From NCBI GenBank assembly GCA_034176765.1, contig JAXFTN010000131.1:942-64941 (forward strand): 64,000 nt of DNA. Direction: 5' to 3'. Positions 40,019 to 49,503 of this stretch are shown piece after piece. The stretch comes from Bacilli bacterium (GTDB taxonomy: Bacteria; Bacillota_I; Bacilli_A; RFN20; CAG-826). Position numbers and translations under genes: made by a program. The notes beneath the pieces are model-generated. The model had not been told where the DNA came from. It did no database searches and saw only the letters and a program-made list of their open reading frames with translations. Each line of letters opens with the position of its first letter. The stretch's first letter is position 1.

Positions 40019-42061
40019 TTATATTAATATAACAACAAAAGTTAGAGCTAAAACTAGAACGAATCCGAAACAAACCATTCCTAGAGCAAATGAGAATGTT
40101 GATGTTTCATCGTGGAAATAGTCATTAACAGTTAATGCTATACCATAATATTTTTCAGCATATTTATGTGGATTCTTTTTATTTGGTTTTATCTTATCAA
40201 TTAACATACCTATCTTATAACTTAATGGATATTTATTATAGTGATAAGTATGAGATCTTAATATTGTTTTTCTTAATAAATAAATTGATCCATCTATAAT
40301 TATAGAGAAAGATTTTAATATTAATAAACAAATTGTCATTACTATTCTAATAATAAAGATATAACCTTTTTCTAAATCCAAGAATGAAGGCCATAAATTT
40401 AGATATTCCTTGTTTTTAATTAATAATAAACGAACAATTACACCATAAATAAATGCACCGATTAATAGAGAAATTAATGCACCTTTAATGCTTTCCCATG
40501 AAAAGAAATGAATCGTGTGTTCGAGTGGTTCAACATTAAAGAATTCCATTGCTGCTCCAGATAAAGGAACATTGATTATATTTGGAACTACACCAAGAAT
40601 TGGAATAATAAGTGAAGAAATAATGAGAACAACTGTTGTAAGTGGGGAACAATAATTTTTCATGTTGTCAAATTGTAGTTGTTTTTCATCATCACTATTT
40701 TTTTCAATAAACAAGTTAACAAATAGTTTAGTCATATAAGCTATTGTTAATCCACCTGAGATTAAGAAAATCCATTCTACAATTTTAAAATAAACAAGTT
40801 GTCCACCAGTTAATTCATTAATATGAATATATTCAACGATGGATTCATGAATCATTGTTTTAGATACATATCCATTAAGACCTGGTATACCCATAATTCC
40901 TAAGGCACCAATTAAAAATACAATCATAAATAATGGTTTCTTACGACCAAAACCTTTGATATCATTAAGGTTTAATGTATGTAAGTTCATCGCTACTAAA
41001 CCAGCACTCATAAATAAAACTAATTTAATTGATGAGTGATTGATCATATGTAATAATGCACCTTGACCAGCAAGAGCACCTTCCTCTCCTAAAAGTGTCA
41101 TCATAGCAATACCTACTAATATAAAGCCTATTTGAGACATTGAAGAGCAAGCAAGTGTTCTTTTTAAATCAATTGAGAATAAAGCGAGTATTGCACCAAA
41201 GAACATTGTTATTACTGCAAAAACTAATAATGTTTGTCCCCAAGATGCATTAGCAAAGAAGATGTTTGATGTAATAACAATAATTCCATAAACACCAGTT
41301 TTTGTAAGAATACCTGAAAGTAATGCACTTGCAGGAGCAGGAGCTACTGGGTGAGCTTTAGGTAACCAAATATGAAGTGGATACATACCAGCCTTTGCTC
41401 CAAAACCTAATAACATCAAAATACCAGATGTAAAAATAAATGGTGTTACTCCGTTTAAAGTAATGTAATCTTTAATTCCTTCAAATGAATATGTTCCGGT
41501 TTTAAAATATAGCATAAACATACCCATTAATAAAATCATACCTGAAACGACTGCGACAGCTAGATAAGTACCACCAGCTTTCATTGTTTCTTCTTTTTCA
41601 TCATGAACAACTAAAGGATAAGATGCGAATGACATTAACTCAAAGAAAATAAATGTTGTAAATAAGTCATTGGAAAAGAAGACTCCAACAACACCAGATA
41701 AAGTTAATAAATAGAAGAAATAGTAACGATCTTTATTTATGTAATGACGCATATAGTCTTTTGAAAATGTAATCGTTGCAAGCCATAAAAAGATAGATAC
41801 AGTTGCATAAATAATTCTAAATGCATCAGCTTTAAAAGATAAAGACATTCCACAAAGCGAAGGAATAAGTAATTCTTTATTTCCATTTATAACAAATAAT
41901 ATAATCAAAATAATCATTGATATCATTTCAATTAAATTAATACTTATTGCGAAAATTTCTCTAAGTTTAGGGAATCTTTTTGAAATAAAGAATGAAATCG
42001 TTCCAAATACCATAGGGAAGAATATTAAGAATAAGATTAAAAAGATCATATTATAGAACAC
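40019..42061 (-). CDS. Mrp antiporter subunit A-like (NuoL/ND5-family large subunit with C-terminal extension)
   Basis: WLPKAHPVAPAPASALLSGIL antiporter-subunit signature. 680 aa, ~20 helices. Last gene of the cluster. Confidence 0.8.
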   Translation of the reverse strand: MFYNMIFLILFLIFFPMVFGTISFFISKRFPKLREIFAISINLIEMISMIILIILFVINGNKELLIPSLCGMSLSFKADAFRIIYATVSIFLWLATITFSKDYMRHYINKDRYYFFYLLTLSGVVGVFFSNDLFTTFIFFELMSFASYPLVVHDEKEETMKAGGTYLAVAVVSGMILLMGMFMLYFKTGTYSFEGIKDYITLNGVTPFIFTSGILMLLGFGAKAGMYPLHIWLPKAHPVAPAPASALLSGILTKTGVYGIIVITSNIFFANASWGQTLLVFAVITMFFGAILALFSIDLKRTLACSSMSQIGFILVGIAMMTLLGEEGALAGQGALLHMINHSSIKLVLFMSAGLVAMNLHTLNLNDIKGFGRKKPLFMIVFLIGALGIMGIPGLNGYVSKTMIHESIVEYIHINELTGGQLVYFKIVEWIFLISGGLTIAYMTKLFVNLFIEKNSDDEKQLQFDNMKNYCSPLTTVVLIISSLIIPILGVVPNIINVPLSGAAMEFFNVEPLEHTIHFFSWESIKGALISLLIGAFIYGVIVRLLLIKNKEYLNLWPSFLDLEKGYIFIIRIVMTICLLILKSFSIIIDGSIYLLRKTILRSHTYHYNKYPLSYKIGMLIDKIKPNKKNPHKYAEKYYGIALTVNDYFHDETSTFSFALGMVCFGFVLVLALTFVVILI

Positions 42062-43517
42062 CTCCTAAAAGTATAGAAGATATTAGTTCGACAAATGGTT
42101 GAGAGATAATACCTAAGATAATCGATAAGGCACTAAAAACAATAAATGTTGATAGATATAATTTATTAGGTTCTTGAGATTTATCATAAATTTCTTGATT
42201 TATTTCATTTGGTTTATACATAAATGCTCTAAAAGGAATATTTAATGTATATACAGCAGTAAGTAGTGCTGACACTAAAATACAACCTATACCTATATAA
42301 CTAAAAGCATTACCTAATTCAATACTTGCCATACCGATATACCATTTAGAAATAAAACCAGCAAATAGTGGGACTCCGATTAATGATAATGATGCAATTG
42401 TAAAGTTAATGAATGTAATTGGCATCTTTTTTCCAAGCCCATTAAGTTCATATACATAATGAGCATGAGAATTTTTAATGATAGCACCACAAGTAAAGAA
42501 TAAACAAATTTTAGCAAATGAATGGAATAACATATGTAATACAGCTGCTAATAATCCAGTCTTATTCATAAACGAAACTGCTAATAAAATATAAGATAAG
42601 TTTGATATAGTTGAGTAAGCAAGTCTTCTTTTGAAATGTTGCTCCTTTAATGCCATCATCGAACCATATAGAATTGTAATAGATGACATTATTATAGTAA
42701 CTACTTGTACCCATGAATTAGACATCAAATTATAATTGAAATTATAAAAAGTTGATCTCATAATTGCAAAGACACCAGCTTTAACAACTGCAACTGCATG
42801 GAGTAATGCAGTAGTAGGAGTAGGAGCAGCACCAGCCATTGGTAACCAGAAGCATAAAGGGAAGACAGCTGATTTTACACCAAATCCTAAGAAAGTTAAT
42901 AGATAAGCAACTAAGGATATAGTACTATTAGATTCAATCAAACCTCCAAAAGTAAACTCACATGATCCACTTAAATGTAAAAGAATAATCAATCCAACAA
43001 GAGCAATAGATGAACCTGTTAATGAAAAATATAAATAATAGCGTCCAGCCTTTCTAGCTTCAGGAGTATAAGTATGTACAATAAGTGGTAATGTAACGAT
43101 TGTTAATAATTCATAAAAGATAAATAAAGTAAATAAATTGCTTGCAAATGAAATACCAAGAACAACACCAAAAGTCATAACATAATAAGCATTATATTTT
43201 TCTTTTCGTTCTTCATCCTTCATATAAGCATAAGAATATAAAAGTGAAAATGGCCATAAAAGCGAAACCATACCAGCAAATATTTTACCTAAACCATCAA
43301 GCTTTATTCCTAGGTTTATTTTTTCAGATAAAATAATAATTTTTGAAGTTTCAGTATTAATAGTAAATAAGAATACAAAAGTAATTAGTGAAGTTAATAT
43401 AACGCTAACTAAAGAAATAATTTTATATATTTTTTCATTAGTAATATTAACTATTCGTAATATAATGCCGGTAATAATCGGTAATAATATAGGAATTAAT
43501 AAAAATAAGCTACTCAT
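42051..43517 (-). CDS. Mrp antiporter subunit D-like (NuoM/N family), paralog 3
   Basis: WLPMAGAAPTPTTALLHA signature. Start taken at the internal ATG preceded by AGAGG; the ORF track extends to 43580. Confidence 0.72.
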   Translation of the reverse strand: MSSLFLLIPILLPIITGIILRIVNITNEKIYKIISLVSVILTSLITFVFLFTINTETSKIIILSEKINLGIKLDGLGKIFAGMVSLLWPFSLLYSYAYMKDEERKEKYNAYYVMTFGVVLGISFASNLFTLFIFYELLTIVTLPLIVHTYTPEARKAGRYYLYFSLTGSSIALVGLIILLHLSGSCEFTFGGLIESNSTISLVAYLLTFLGFGVKSAVFPLCFWLPMAGAAPTPTTALLHAVAVVKAGVFAIMRSTFYNFNYNLMSNSWVQVVTIIMSSITILYGSMMALKEQHFKRRLAYSTISNLSYILLAVSFMNKTGLLAAVLHMLFHSFAKICLFFTCGAIIKNSHAHYVYELNGLGKKMPITFINFTIASLSLIGVPLFAGFISKWYIGMASIELGNAFSYIGIGCILVSALLTAVYTLNIPFRAFMYKPNEINQEIYDKSQEPNKLYLSTFIVFSALSIILGIISQPFVELISSILLGGVL

Positions 43518-43527
43518 AATAATACCT

Positions 43528-45003
43528 CTAGAATAAGAATCCTTGAACTGCAGAAATAATGTAATTTGAAAAAATACCAATTAATACTGCAGAAACAGTT
43601 AAAATAATCAAGACAGTAGACATCAATTTATTTTCTTTTACTTTTGAAAATTCTTGATTTTTATCTCCTGGGAAGAATGCTTTTATTGTAATAGGTAATA
43701 AGTAAAGGGCTGTAAAAACAGCTGAAGTTAATAAAACAATACAAGCGATAATACCAACTGCTGTTGATCCACTATTTAAAGCACCCATAGCTAGATACCA
43801 TTTTGAAGTGAATGGACCAGTAGGTGGAATACCAATTAATCCTAGTGAACATATTGTATAGCACCACATTGTGATTGGCATTTGTTTTCCAACACCTGTT
43901 AATTCATCAACATTATGTTTTTGTAAATTGTGGATCATAATACCAGCTACTAAGAATAAGCAAACTTTAATACAAGCATGAGAAGCAATGTGTATAAAAG
44001 AACCTGCTAGTGATTGTTCGTTTAATAAACTGATACCTAATAAAATATAAGATAATTGAGAAACAGAAGAGTAAGCTAAACGTTTCTTAAAATTATTTTG
44101 TAATAAAGCAAGACCAGAGCCTAATAAAATTGTGATTAAAATTAATGTAATCCAAGTATATTGCAACCATGTTCCTTTTATAAAGTCTGTACCTACTATA
44201 AAAAATAAAATACGAACGATAAATAAGACACCAGCTTTAGTAATGATACCAGAAAGAACGGCTGATGCAGGAGCTGGAGCAACAGGGTGAGCTGTTGGTA
44301 GCCATTCTTGTAATGGGAACATACCTGCTTTTGTACCAAAACCAATAAATGCAAGTAGTAATGAAACTAAAATCAATGTTTTGTGTGCGTTAGCTTCAGT
44401 TAAATCTAGTGATCCACCTAAAACAAATTCGCAACCATTTGTTGTATAAGCATATAAAACAAAGACAGCAAATAATCCTAAAAAGGCACCACCTATTGAA
44501 TAAATTAAATATTTAATAGCAGCTCTAATTGATTCTTTAGTTTTATCATAAAGAACTAGTGGCATTGAAAGAAGTGTTAGCATTTCAAATCCAAGATAAA
44601 GGGTTATTAAGTTACCTGAATAACATAATAATAAAAGTGTTGCTTCAGACATTAAGTAGAAAGAGAAGAATTTATTTGAGTTCTCATCGTGTTCAAAATA
44701 TCTAAAAGCATATAAGCTAACTAATAAGAATATAACTGAAATGATGATAGCAAAGAAATTTGAAACCCCATCATTTTTAAATAAAATCAACAAATTATCA
44801 GTTAATTTAAAAAGTTCTACTCTTTGTCCACTAAAAATAGTTAAAAGAATGACGCTTATTACTATTAAACTTGATAGTGAAGAAATCAAAATGTTAATTA
44901 ATTTTTTATTTTGTGTTTTTAAAAAGTGAACTACTATTCCTAATATTAATGGAACAAGTATAGAAATAAACATAAAAATAAACATATCTTCCCTCCTATG
45001 CAA
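43528..45003 (-). CDS. Mrp antiporter subunit D-like, paralog 2
   Basis: WLPTAHPVAPAPASAVLSGI signature. Length is 491 aa. Confidence 0.75.
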   Translation of the reverse strand: MHRREDMFIFMFISILVPLILGIVVHFLKTQNKKLINILISSLSSLIVISVILLTIFSGQRVELFKLTDNLLILFKNDGVSNFFAIIISVIFLLVSLYAFRYFEHDENSNKFFSFYLMSEATLLLLCYSGNLITLYLGFEMLTLLSMPLVLYDKTKESIRAAIKYLIYSIGGAFLGLFAVFVLYAYTTNGCEFVLGGSLDLTEANAHKTLILVSLLLAFIGFGTKAGMFPLQEWLPTAHPVAPAPASAVLSGIITKAGVLFIVRILFFIVGTDFIKGTWLQYTWITLILITILLGSGLALLQNNFKKRLAYSSVSQLSYILLGISLLNEQSLAGSFIHIASHACIKVCLFLVAGIMIHNLQKHNVDELTGVGKQMPITMWCYTICSLGLIGIPPTGPFTSKWYLAMGALNSGSTAVGIIACIVLLTSAVFTALYLLPITIKAFFPGDKNQEFSKVKENKLMSTVLIILTVSAVLIGIFSNYIISAVQGFLF

Positions 45004-46489
45004 ACATATCTAAACCTTTTTGTATTACTACAATAATATAAGGTAGAGAGCCAATAACTATATTAATTAATGAAAAACCAATAACACTCAATTTAAAAGC
45101 AAATGAGCTTTTTTCTTTAATGGTTTCATTAGTAGCAACTTCAAGAGGAGAGTAAATAGTAATAATTGTTCTTAAGAAATAAATTGTATTTAATAATGTA
45201 GAGATAACTAATGATGCAAGAGCAAGTGATACTTGTAAAGTTGATATTGTTGCGTCTAGAGCACCCATAATTAATAAACATTTAGTAGCAAATCCAGCAA
45301 AGAATGGGAAACCGACCATAGATAGAGAACCTATCGTATATCCAATTCCTGCGATAATATCTTTCTTTCCAGACCCCTTTAAAGATCTAAATCTTGCATC
45401 CCCATTCGATACGCTAATTAATCTATTACTAGAAACAAATAATAAAGGTTTAGTACATGCATGACATAAAATTTGTATTATTGCACCAACAATACCTGCA
45501 GGTCCTAAGCCAATACCCATATAGATATAACCAATTTGAGCTGCTGATGAAAAAGAAATCATACGATTTATTTTTCCTTGTCTTATAGCTGAAAGAGAAC
45601 CAAATATCATACCTAGAGCACCAACGATTAAATAAACACCAGTAAGTTTTAAAGAGTTAATAGTATCCCAACCGAATGTACGATAAATCATTTTAATTAG
45701 TAAAATAATGTAACCTTTTGAAATAACACCAGATACGATTGATGCAGAAGTTGTTGTAGATTCACCATATGCATCTGGCATCCAAAAGTAAAATGGGAAC
45801 ATACCACTTTTAATGCCTAATCCAACTGAAATTAATAAACATGAACAAATAATTGCTGGAGTATTTTTGTTATTAGTTACTAAAGTTGTTAATGCTTCTT
45901 TAATGTAACTCATAGATAAATAACCAGTTAAGTCATATAAGAAAATAATACCAAGTAAGAATAGACCAGAGCCGATCAAATTAAATATCATATATCTTAT
46001 TGCAGCTACTGTAGTATTGCCTTTTTCTTTAATCATAATTAGGCCAATACTTGCGAGTGTAGATATTTCTAAGAAGACATAGCCTGTAAAGACGTCGTTA
46101 GTATAAATTAATGCAATTAAAGCAACTAGTACTAAGTTTAATAAAACATACATAAAGTGTTCTTTATTTTCACTTATATCTTCTTTAATATCTTTTTGTC
46201 CTCCGAGTAATGATAATAAAATAATAAGAGGAAAAAATATTGCAAATATTGATTCTAGAACACCAAATCTAATTTCATTACAAAATGGAGCAGGGAAATG
46301 ACCCATTGGATATTCTATGCTTCCTTCTTTTAGGGTTAGCATTAGAACACATATTCCAAATGCAACAGAAATACTATCAACAATAATTGTAATAATTCGT
46401 GATGCTTTTCCTTTTAATATTGCACATAAAACTACAGCAACAAAAGCTAAAATGATTGTAAACAAGGGGAAATTTTTAAAGAATTCCAT
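44996..46489 (-). CDS. Mrp antiporter subunit D-like, paralog 1
   Basis: WMPDAYGESTTTSASIVSGV is a degenerate version of the same signature. Length is 497 aa. Confidence 0.72.
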   Translation of the reverse strand: MEFFKNFPLFTIILAFVAVVLCAILKGKASRIITIIVDSISVAFGICVLMLTLKEGSIEYPMGHFPAPFCNEIRFGVLESIFAIFFPLIILLSLLGGQKDIKEDISENKEHFMYVLLNLVLVALIALIYTNDVFTGYVFLEISTLASIGLIMIKEKGNTTVAAIRYMIFNLIGSGLFLLGIIFLYDLTGYLSMSYIKEALTTLVTNNKNTPAIICSCLLISVGLGIKSGMFPFYFWMPDAYGESTTTSASIVSGVISKGYIILLIKMIYRTFGWDTINSLKLTGVYLIVGALGMIFGSLSAIRQGKINRMISFSSAAQIGYIYMGIGLGPAGIVGAIIQILCHACTKPLLFVSSNRLISVSNGDARFRSLKGSGKKDIIAGIGYTIGSLSMVGFPFFAGFATKCLLIMGALDATISTLQVSLALASLVISTLLNTIYFLRTIITIYSPLEVATNETIKEKSSFAFKLSVIGFSLINIVIGSLPYIIVVIQKGLDMFA

Positions 46490-46491
46490 AT

Positions 46492-46872
46492 CTAGTCCTC
46501 CTTGTGTTTGTGTATTGCATGATACACTTCATCTAAATTAAGAGTGTGATATTTTGAATATAACCTTACTGTTAGTGCTAAAGATATAGCTGTAACAGAA
46601 ACAGAAACAACAATACCTGTTAAGACTAGACCAGCAGGAATAGGATTTACATAAGATGAAGGATCGGTACTACCATTATTTAAGATTGGTGGGACACGAT
46701 CACCTTGAATATATCCCATAGATGCAAGAAATAAGTATGTTCCTGTATCCATAATATTTAACCCAATAATTTTCTTTAATAAGTTACGATGGAATAAGAG
46801 TAGAGCAAACCCAATGCCAAATAATAAGATGGCAACTACTTCTACTAAATGATCAAGTAAAGCTTGTAGCAT
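46492..46872 (-). CDS. Mrp antiporter subunit C-like (NuoK-like)
   Basis: LLFGIGFALLLFHRNLLKKIIGLNIMDTGTYLFL motif. ATGA overlap with the upstream gene. Confidence 0.7.
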   Translation of the reverse strand: MLQALLDHLVEVVAILLFGIGFALLLFHRNLLKKIIGLNIMDTGTYLFLASMGYIQGDRVPPILNNGSTDPSSYVNPIPAGLVLTGIVVSVSVTAISLALTVRLYSKYHTLNLDEVYHAIHKHKED

Positions 46873-46873
46873 A

Positions 46874-47767
46874 TTAGATTTCTCCTTTCTTAAATAATGA
46901 ATAGAATCCAAACATTGTGCATGTAACAACTAATCCGACACAAACATTTAAAATAAAGATTATGCCTCCACTTAAGATAGCACCAGGTTCGCCTAATGGA
47001 ATTACTGAATGCATACCATTAGCACCTGTAAAGAATGAATATGTTTTACATCCACAATATGTTAATAAAGATAGTGAAGTAATAACTTTGAAAGATTTTT
47101 GCTTGAAGAATCTTTCCGAATTATTAAAGCCAAATGCAATTGAATAAAGAATTAATCCTGCACCCATGATAGCTCCGCCGGAGAAACCTCCTCCAGGAGA
47201 AATGGATCCATTTAATACTACATATGCACCGAATAATAAAATAATAGGAACAAGGATAGAACAAGTAATTTGTAAAATTGGATCTTGTACAATTTTAAAT
47301 TTTTCTTTTAATGTTGCATTGTCTTTAAAACCTTGTAATAAAATCATTACACAAGTAACAGCAGTAAAAAGAACAAAAGATTCACCAAGAGTATCAAATG
47401 CACGATAATCTAAAATCATACCTGTTACAAAGTTGGTTGCGCCTGTATCACCAATACCATCCTTAATATATTTATCAATTATTTCATTTAGAGTAGGATT
47501 ATTTAATTCATCTCCAAAGACTGGTAAGAATGTAACACAATATAATAAGGAACAAATAAATAATAATGATGCAACAATTGCTATAAAATAATAAATTCCA
47601 GATTCAAATTTATGAGATTTCTTTTTAATTGCAGCAGTTGCTTGTTTGTTAGGTTTTTTAGCTTTTATAGTATCATCATAATTAACAACTAAATCTTCAT
47701 CGTTTTCAATATTTGAAAGCAAATCTTGACTTTCACCTAAAAAGTTTTTATTTTTCATGAGATTCAC
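46874..47767 (-). CDS. Mrp antiporter subunit B-domain protein with hydrophilic N-terminal extension
   Basis: GMILDYRAFDTLGESFVLFTAV is the MnhB signature. Confidence 0.65.
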   Translation of the reverse strand: MNLMKNKNFLGESQDLLSNIENDEDLVVNYDDTIKAKKPNKQATAAIKKKSHKFESGIYYFIAIVASLLFICSLLYCVTFLPVFGDELNNPTLNEIIDKYIKDGIGDTGATNFVTGMILDYRAFDTLGESFVLFTAVTCVMILLQGFKDNATLKEKFKIVQDPILQITCSILVPIILLFGAYVVLNGSISPGGGFSGGAIMGAGLILYSIAFGFNNSERFFKQKSFKVITSLSLLTYCGCKTYSFFTGANGMHSVIPLGEPGAILSGGIIFILNVCVGLVVTCTMFGFYSLFKKGEI

Positions 47768-48080
47768 CTTCTTTTATTTCTACTTGAGATGATTCTTCAA
47801 GTACACTATTTTCATTGTGTTTATCATCGACTTTATTTAAGTTAGAATCAATTTGTTTAATCTTCTTTAAAGTTAAGAAAAATAAAACACTTGTTACACC
47901 TGCACCAACAGCAGCTTCCGTAATTGCTAAATCAGGTGCTTGTAATAAAACCCAAATAACAGACATGACTACTGAATATGAACTAAAGATTATAATAGAT
48001 GTTAATAAATTCTTACTTAATCCAGCAGCAATAGCACAGACAACTAAAAAAACTAATAAAATAATTTCAAATATTTCCAT
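47748..48080 (-). CDS. Small MnhB-N-terminal-like (DUF4040-type) membrane protein
   Basis: Three helices. Occupies the MbhD/E position of Mbh-type clusters. Confidence 0.5.
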   Translation of the reverse strand: MEIFEIILLVFLVVCAIAAGLSKNLLTSIIIFSSYSVVMSVIWVLLQAPDLAITEAAVGAGVTSVLFFLTLKKIKQIDSNLNKVDDKHNENSVLEESSQVEIKEGESHEK

Positions 48081-48442
48081 TAGTTGTCACCTTCTTCCTT
48101 ATCTTCTACTTTTTCACTAGAATCAACTTGCGTTTGATTAACTTCTTTTTTTACTTGATCGTCAGTTAAGACTTCAAGTTTAGAAATAAAGTGACTTGCT
48201 ACAGGACTTGTTAGCCATAAAAAGATAACAATAAAGAATAATTTTATAGATGTTGCATTAAATCCATTAGCAATAGCAATTCCTAAGATAATACAAAATA
48301 AACCCATCGTATCTAATAAAGCTGCTGAGTGCATTTTGTTTAAAACGAATTTAAATTTATAAATTCCAATAACTCCTATAATAAATAGGAAAAGGCCTAA
48401 AAGAATAAAGAAAGCAGAAAAACCAAAAGTTACCCAAGTCAT
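48080..48442 (-). CDS. Mrp antiporter subunit G-like
   Basis: VLNKMHSAALLDTMG matches the MnhG RxHAA region. Length is 120 aa. Confidence 0.7.
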   Translation of the reverse strand: MTWVTFGFSAFFILLGLFLFIIGVIGIYKFKFVLNKMHSAALLDTMGLFCIILGIAIANGFNATSIKLFFIVIFLWLTSPVASHFISKLEVLTDDQVKKEVNQTQVDSSEKVEDKEEGDN

Positions 48443-48795
48443 TATTTTTCATCCTCCTTTTCTTCTTTTTTATTATCTTCTTCAATTGTAGGAATAATAT
48501 TAGTTGCTTTATGTTCTTCGATATAGCGATTAATAAAGACATTACTTAAAACGACAACTGATAAGAAAGATATTAAAACATAAATAATACATACATCACT
48601 TAAGTATGATTGCTTTAAAAATACTGAAAGAATAGCAATAATTGAAGTAACAAAAGTACCAGTCATATTGATAGTAACAATACGATCAGTTACACGAGGG
48701 CCTATAATAGTTTTAATAAGAATAAATAATAGACCAATACCTAAAAGGCATAATGTTCCAATAATTAGATATTCAAAAGCTAGTTCTGGTGTCAT
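48442..48795 (-). CDS. Mrp antiporter subunit F-like
   Basis: Three helices, 117 aa, positioned between the E and G subunits. Confidence 0.6.
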   Translation of the reverse strand: MTPELAFEYLIIGTLCLLGIGLLFILIKTIIGPRVTDRIVTINMTGTFVTSIIAILSVFLKQSYLSDVCIIYVLISFLSVVVLSNVFINRYIEEHKATNIIPTIEEDNKKEEKEDEK

Positions 48796-49289
48796 TATTT
48801 TTTGCCCTCCATTCTTCTTAATAGTTTAACTAATGTACTATTTTCAATTCCTTCAAAGTATTCTTTTCTTAAACAATGAACAATAAAAACACCACCATTT
48901 TTCTTTGTTTTATCACAAGAAATAGTGATAGTTCCTGGAGTAAGAGTAATAGAATTTGCTAGTAATGAAATTAGTAATTCGTTTTCTAAATCAATGTGTA
49001 TTTTGATAATCTGTGGTTCAGGAGTTTGTTTTCTTTTTAATATTAAAGAGACAACTTTTAAATTTGAAACTATAACATTAATAAATAAAACAATTCCATA
49101 AGCAATAAATAAATGAATGTGCTTTATAAAAAAAATATCTGTTTTAAAGCTCCATTTTGTAAATTTAATCATAAACCAATATATTAATGCACTTAATAAA
49201 AGGCCAATGATAACAATTTGTAGAAATTTTGTATCAAATGCAAAATGAGCATTCAATAATAACCATATTAAAAAAATGATTATAAACAT
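48795..49289 (-). CDS. Mrp antiporter subunit E-like
   Basis: LANSITLTPGTITI is the MnhE signature. RBS AAGGTGGAG precedes the ATG at 49289. First gene of the minus-strand operon. Confidence 0.7.
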   Translation of the reverse strand: MFIIIFLIWLLLNAHFAFDTKFLQIVIIGLLLSALIYWFMIKFTKWSFKTDIFFIKHIHLFIAYGIVLFINVIVSNLKVVSLILKRKQTPEPQIIKIHIDLENELLISLLANSITLTPGTITISCDKTKKNGGVFIVHCLRKEYFEGIENSTLVKLLRRMEGKK

Positions 49290-49469
49290 TTCTCCACCTT
49301 CTTTCACCTTTAAAACTATACCACTATAAGATTTTTAAATCAATTATTACATAGTAATAATATAGTATTTATCATAAATATTTTTTTATTAATGAAATAT
49401 GTTTTTCTTAACAATAAAGTACAAAAAAAATAAAATTTGTTTTTTTTTATCAAAACTAGTCGTTATTAG

Positions 49470-49478
49470 TGCTATAAT
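49470..49478 (+). promoter_or_regulatory. Candidate extended -10 (TGcTATAAT) for the rnf operon
   Basis: TGCTATAAT lies 25 nt upstream of the rnfC RBS AAAGGAGAG. Confidence 0.4.
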
Positions 49479-49503
49479 ACTTTTGTTAAAGGAGAGATTT
49501 TAA

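Noticed and set aside
46317-48120. Several plus-strand ORFs (74-101 aa) across the mrp cluster.
   Set aside because: They are antisense to hydrophobic, AT-rich membrane-protein genes. Such antisense frames are routinely open by chance. Spurious.
40019-49289. Considered the antiporter cluster as part of complex I, a membrane-bound hydrogenase or formate hydrogenlyase.
   Set aside because: No NuoB/C/D/I-like, NiFe large/small subunit or formate dehydrogenase genes are present anywhere in the window. Only antiporter-module subunits are present.
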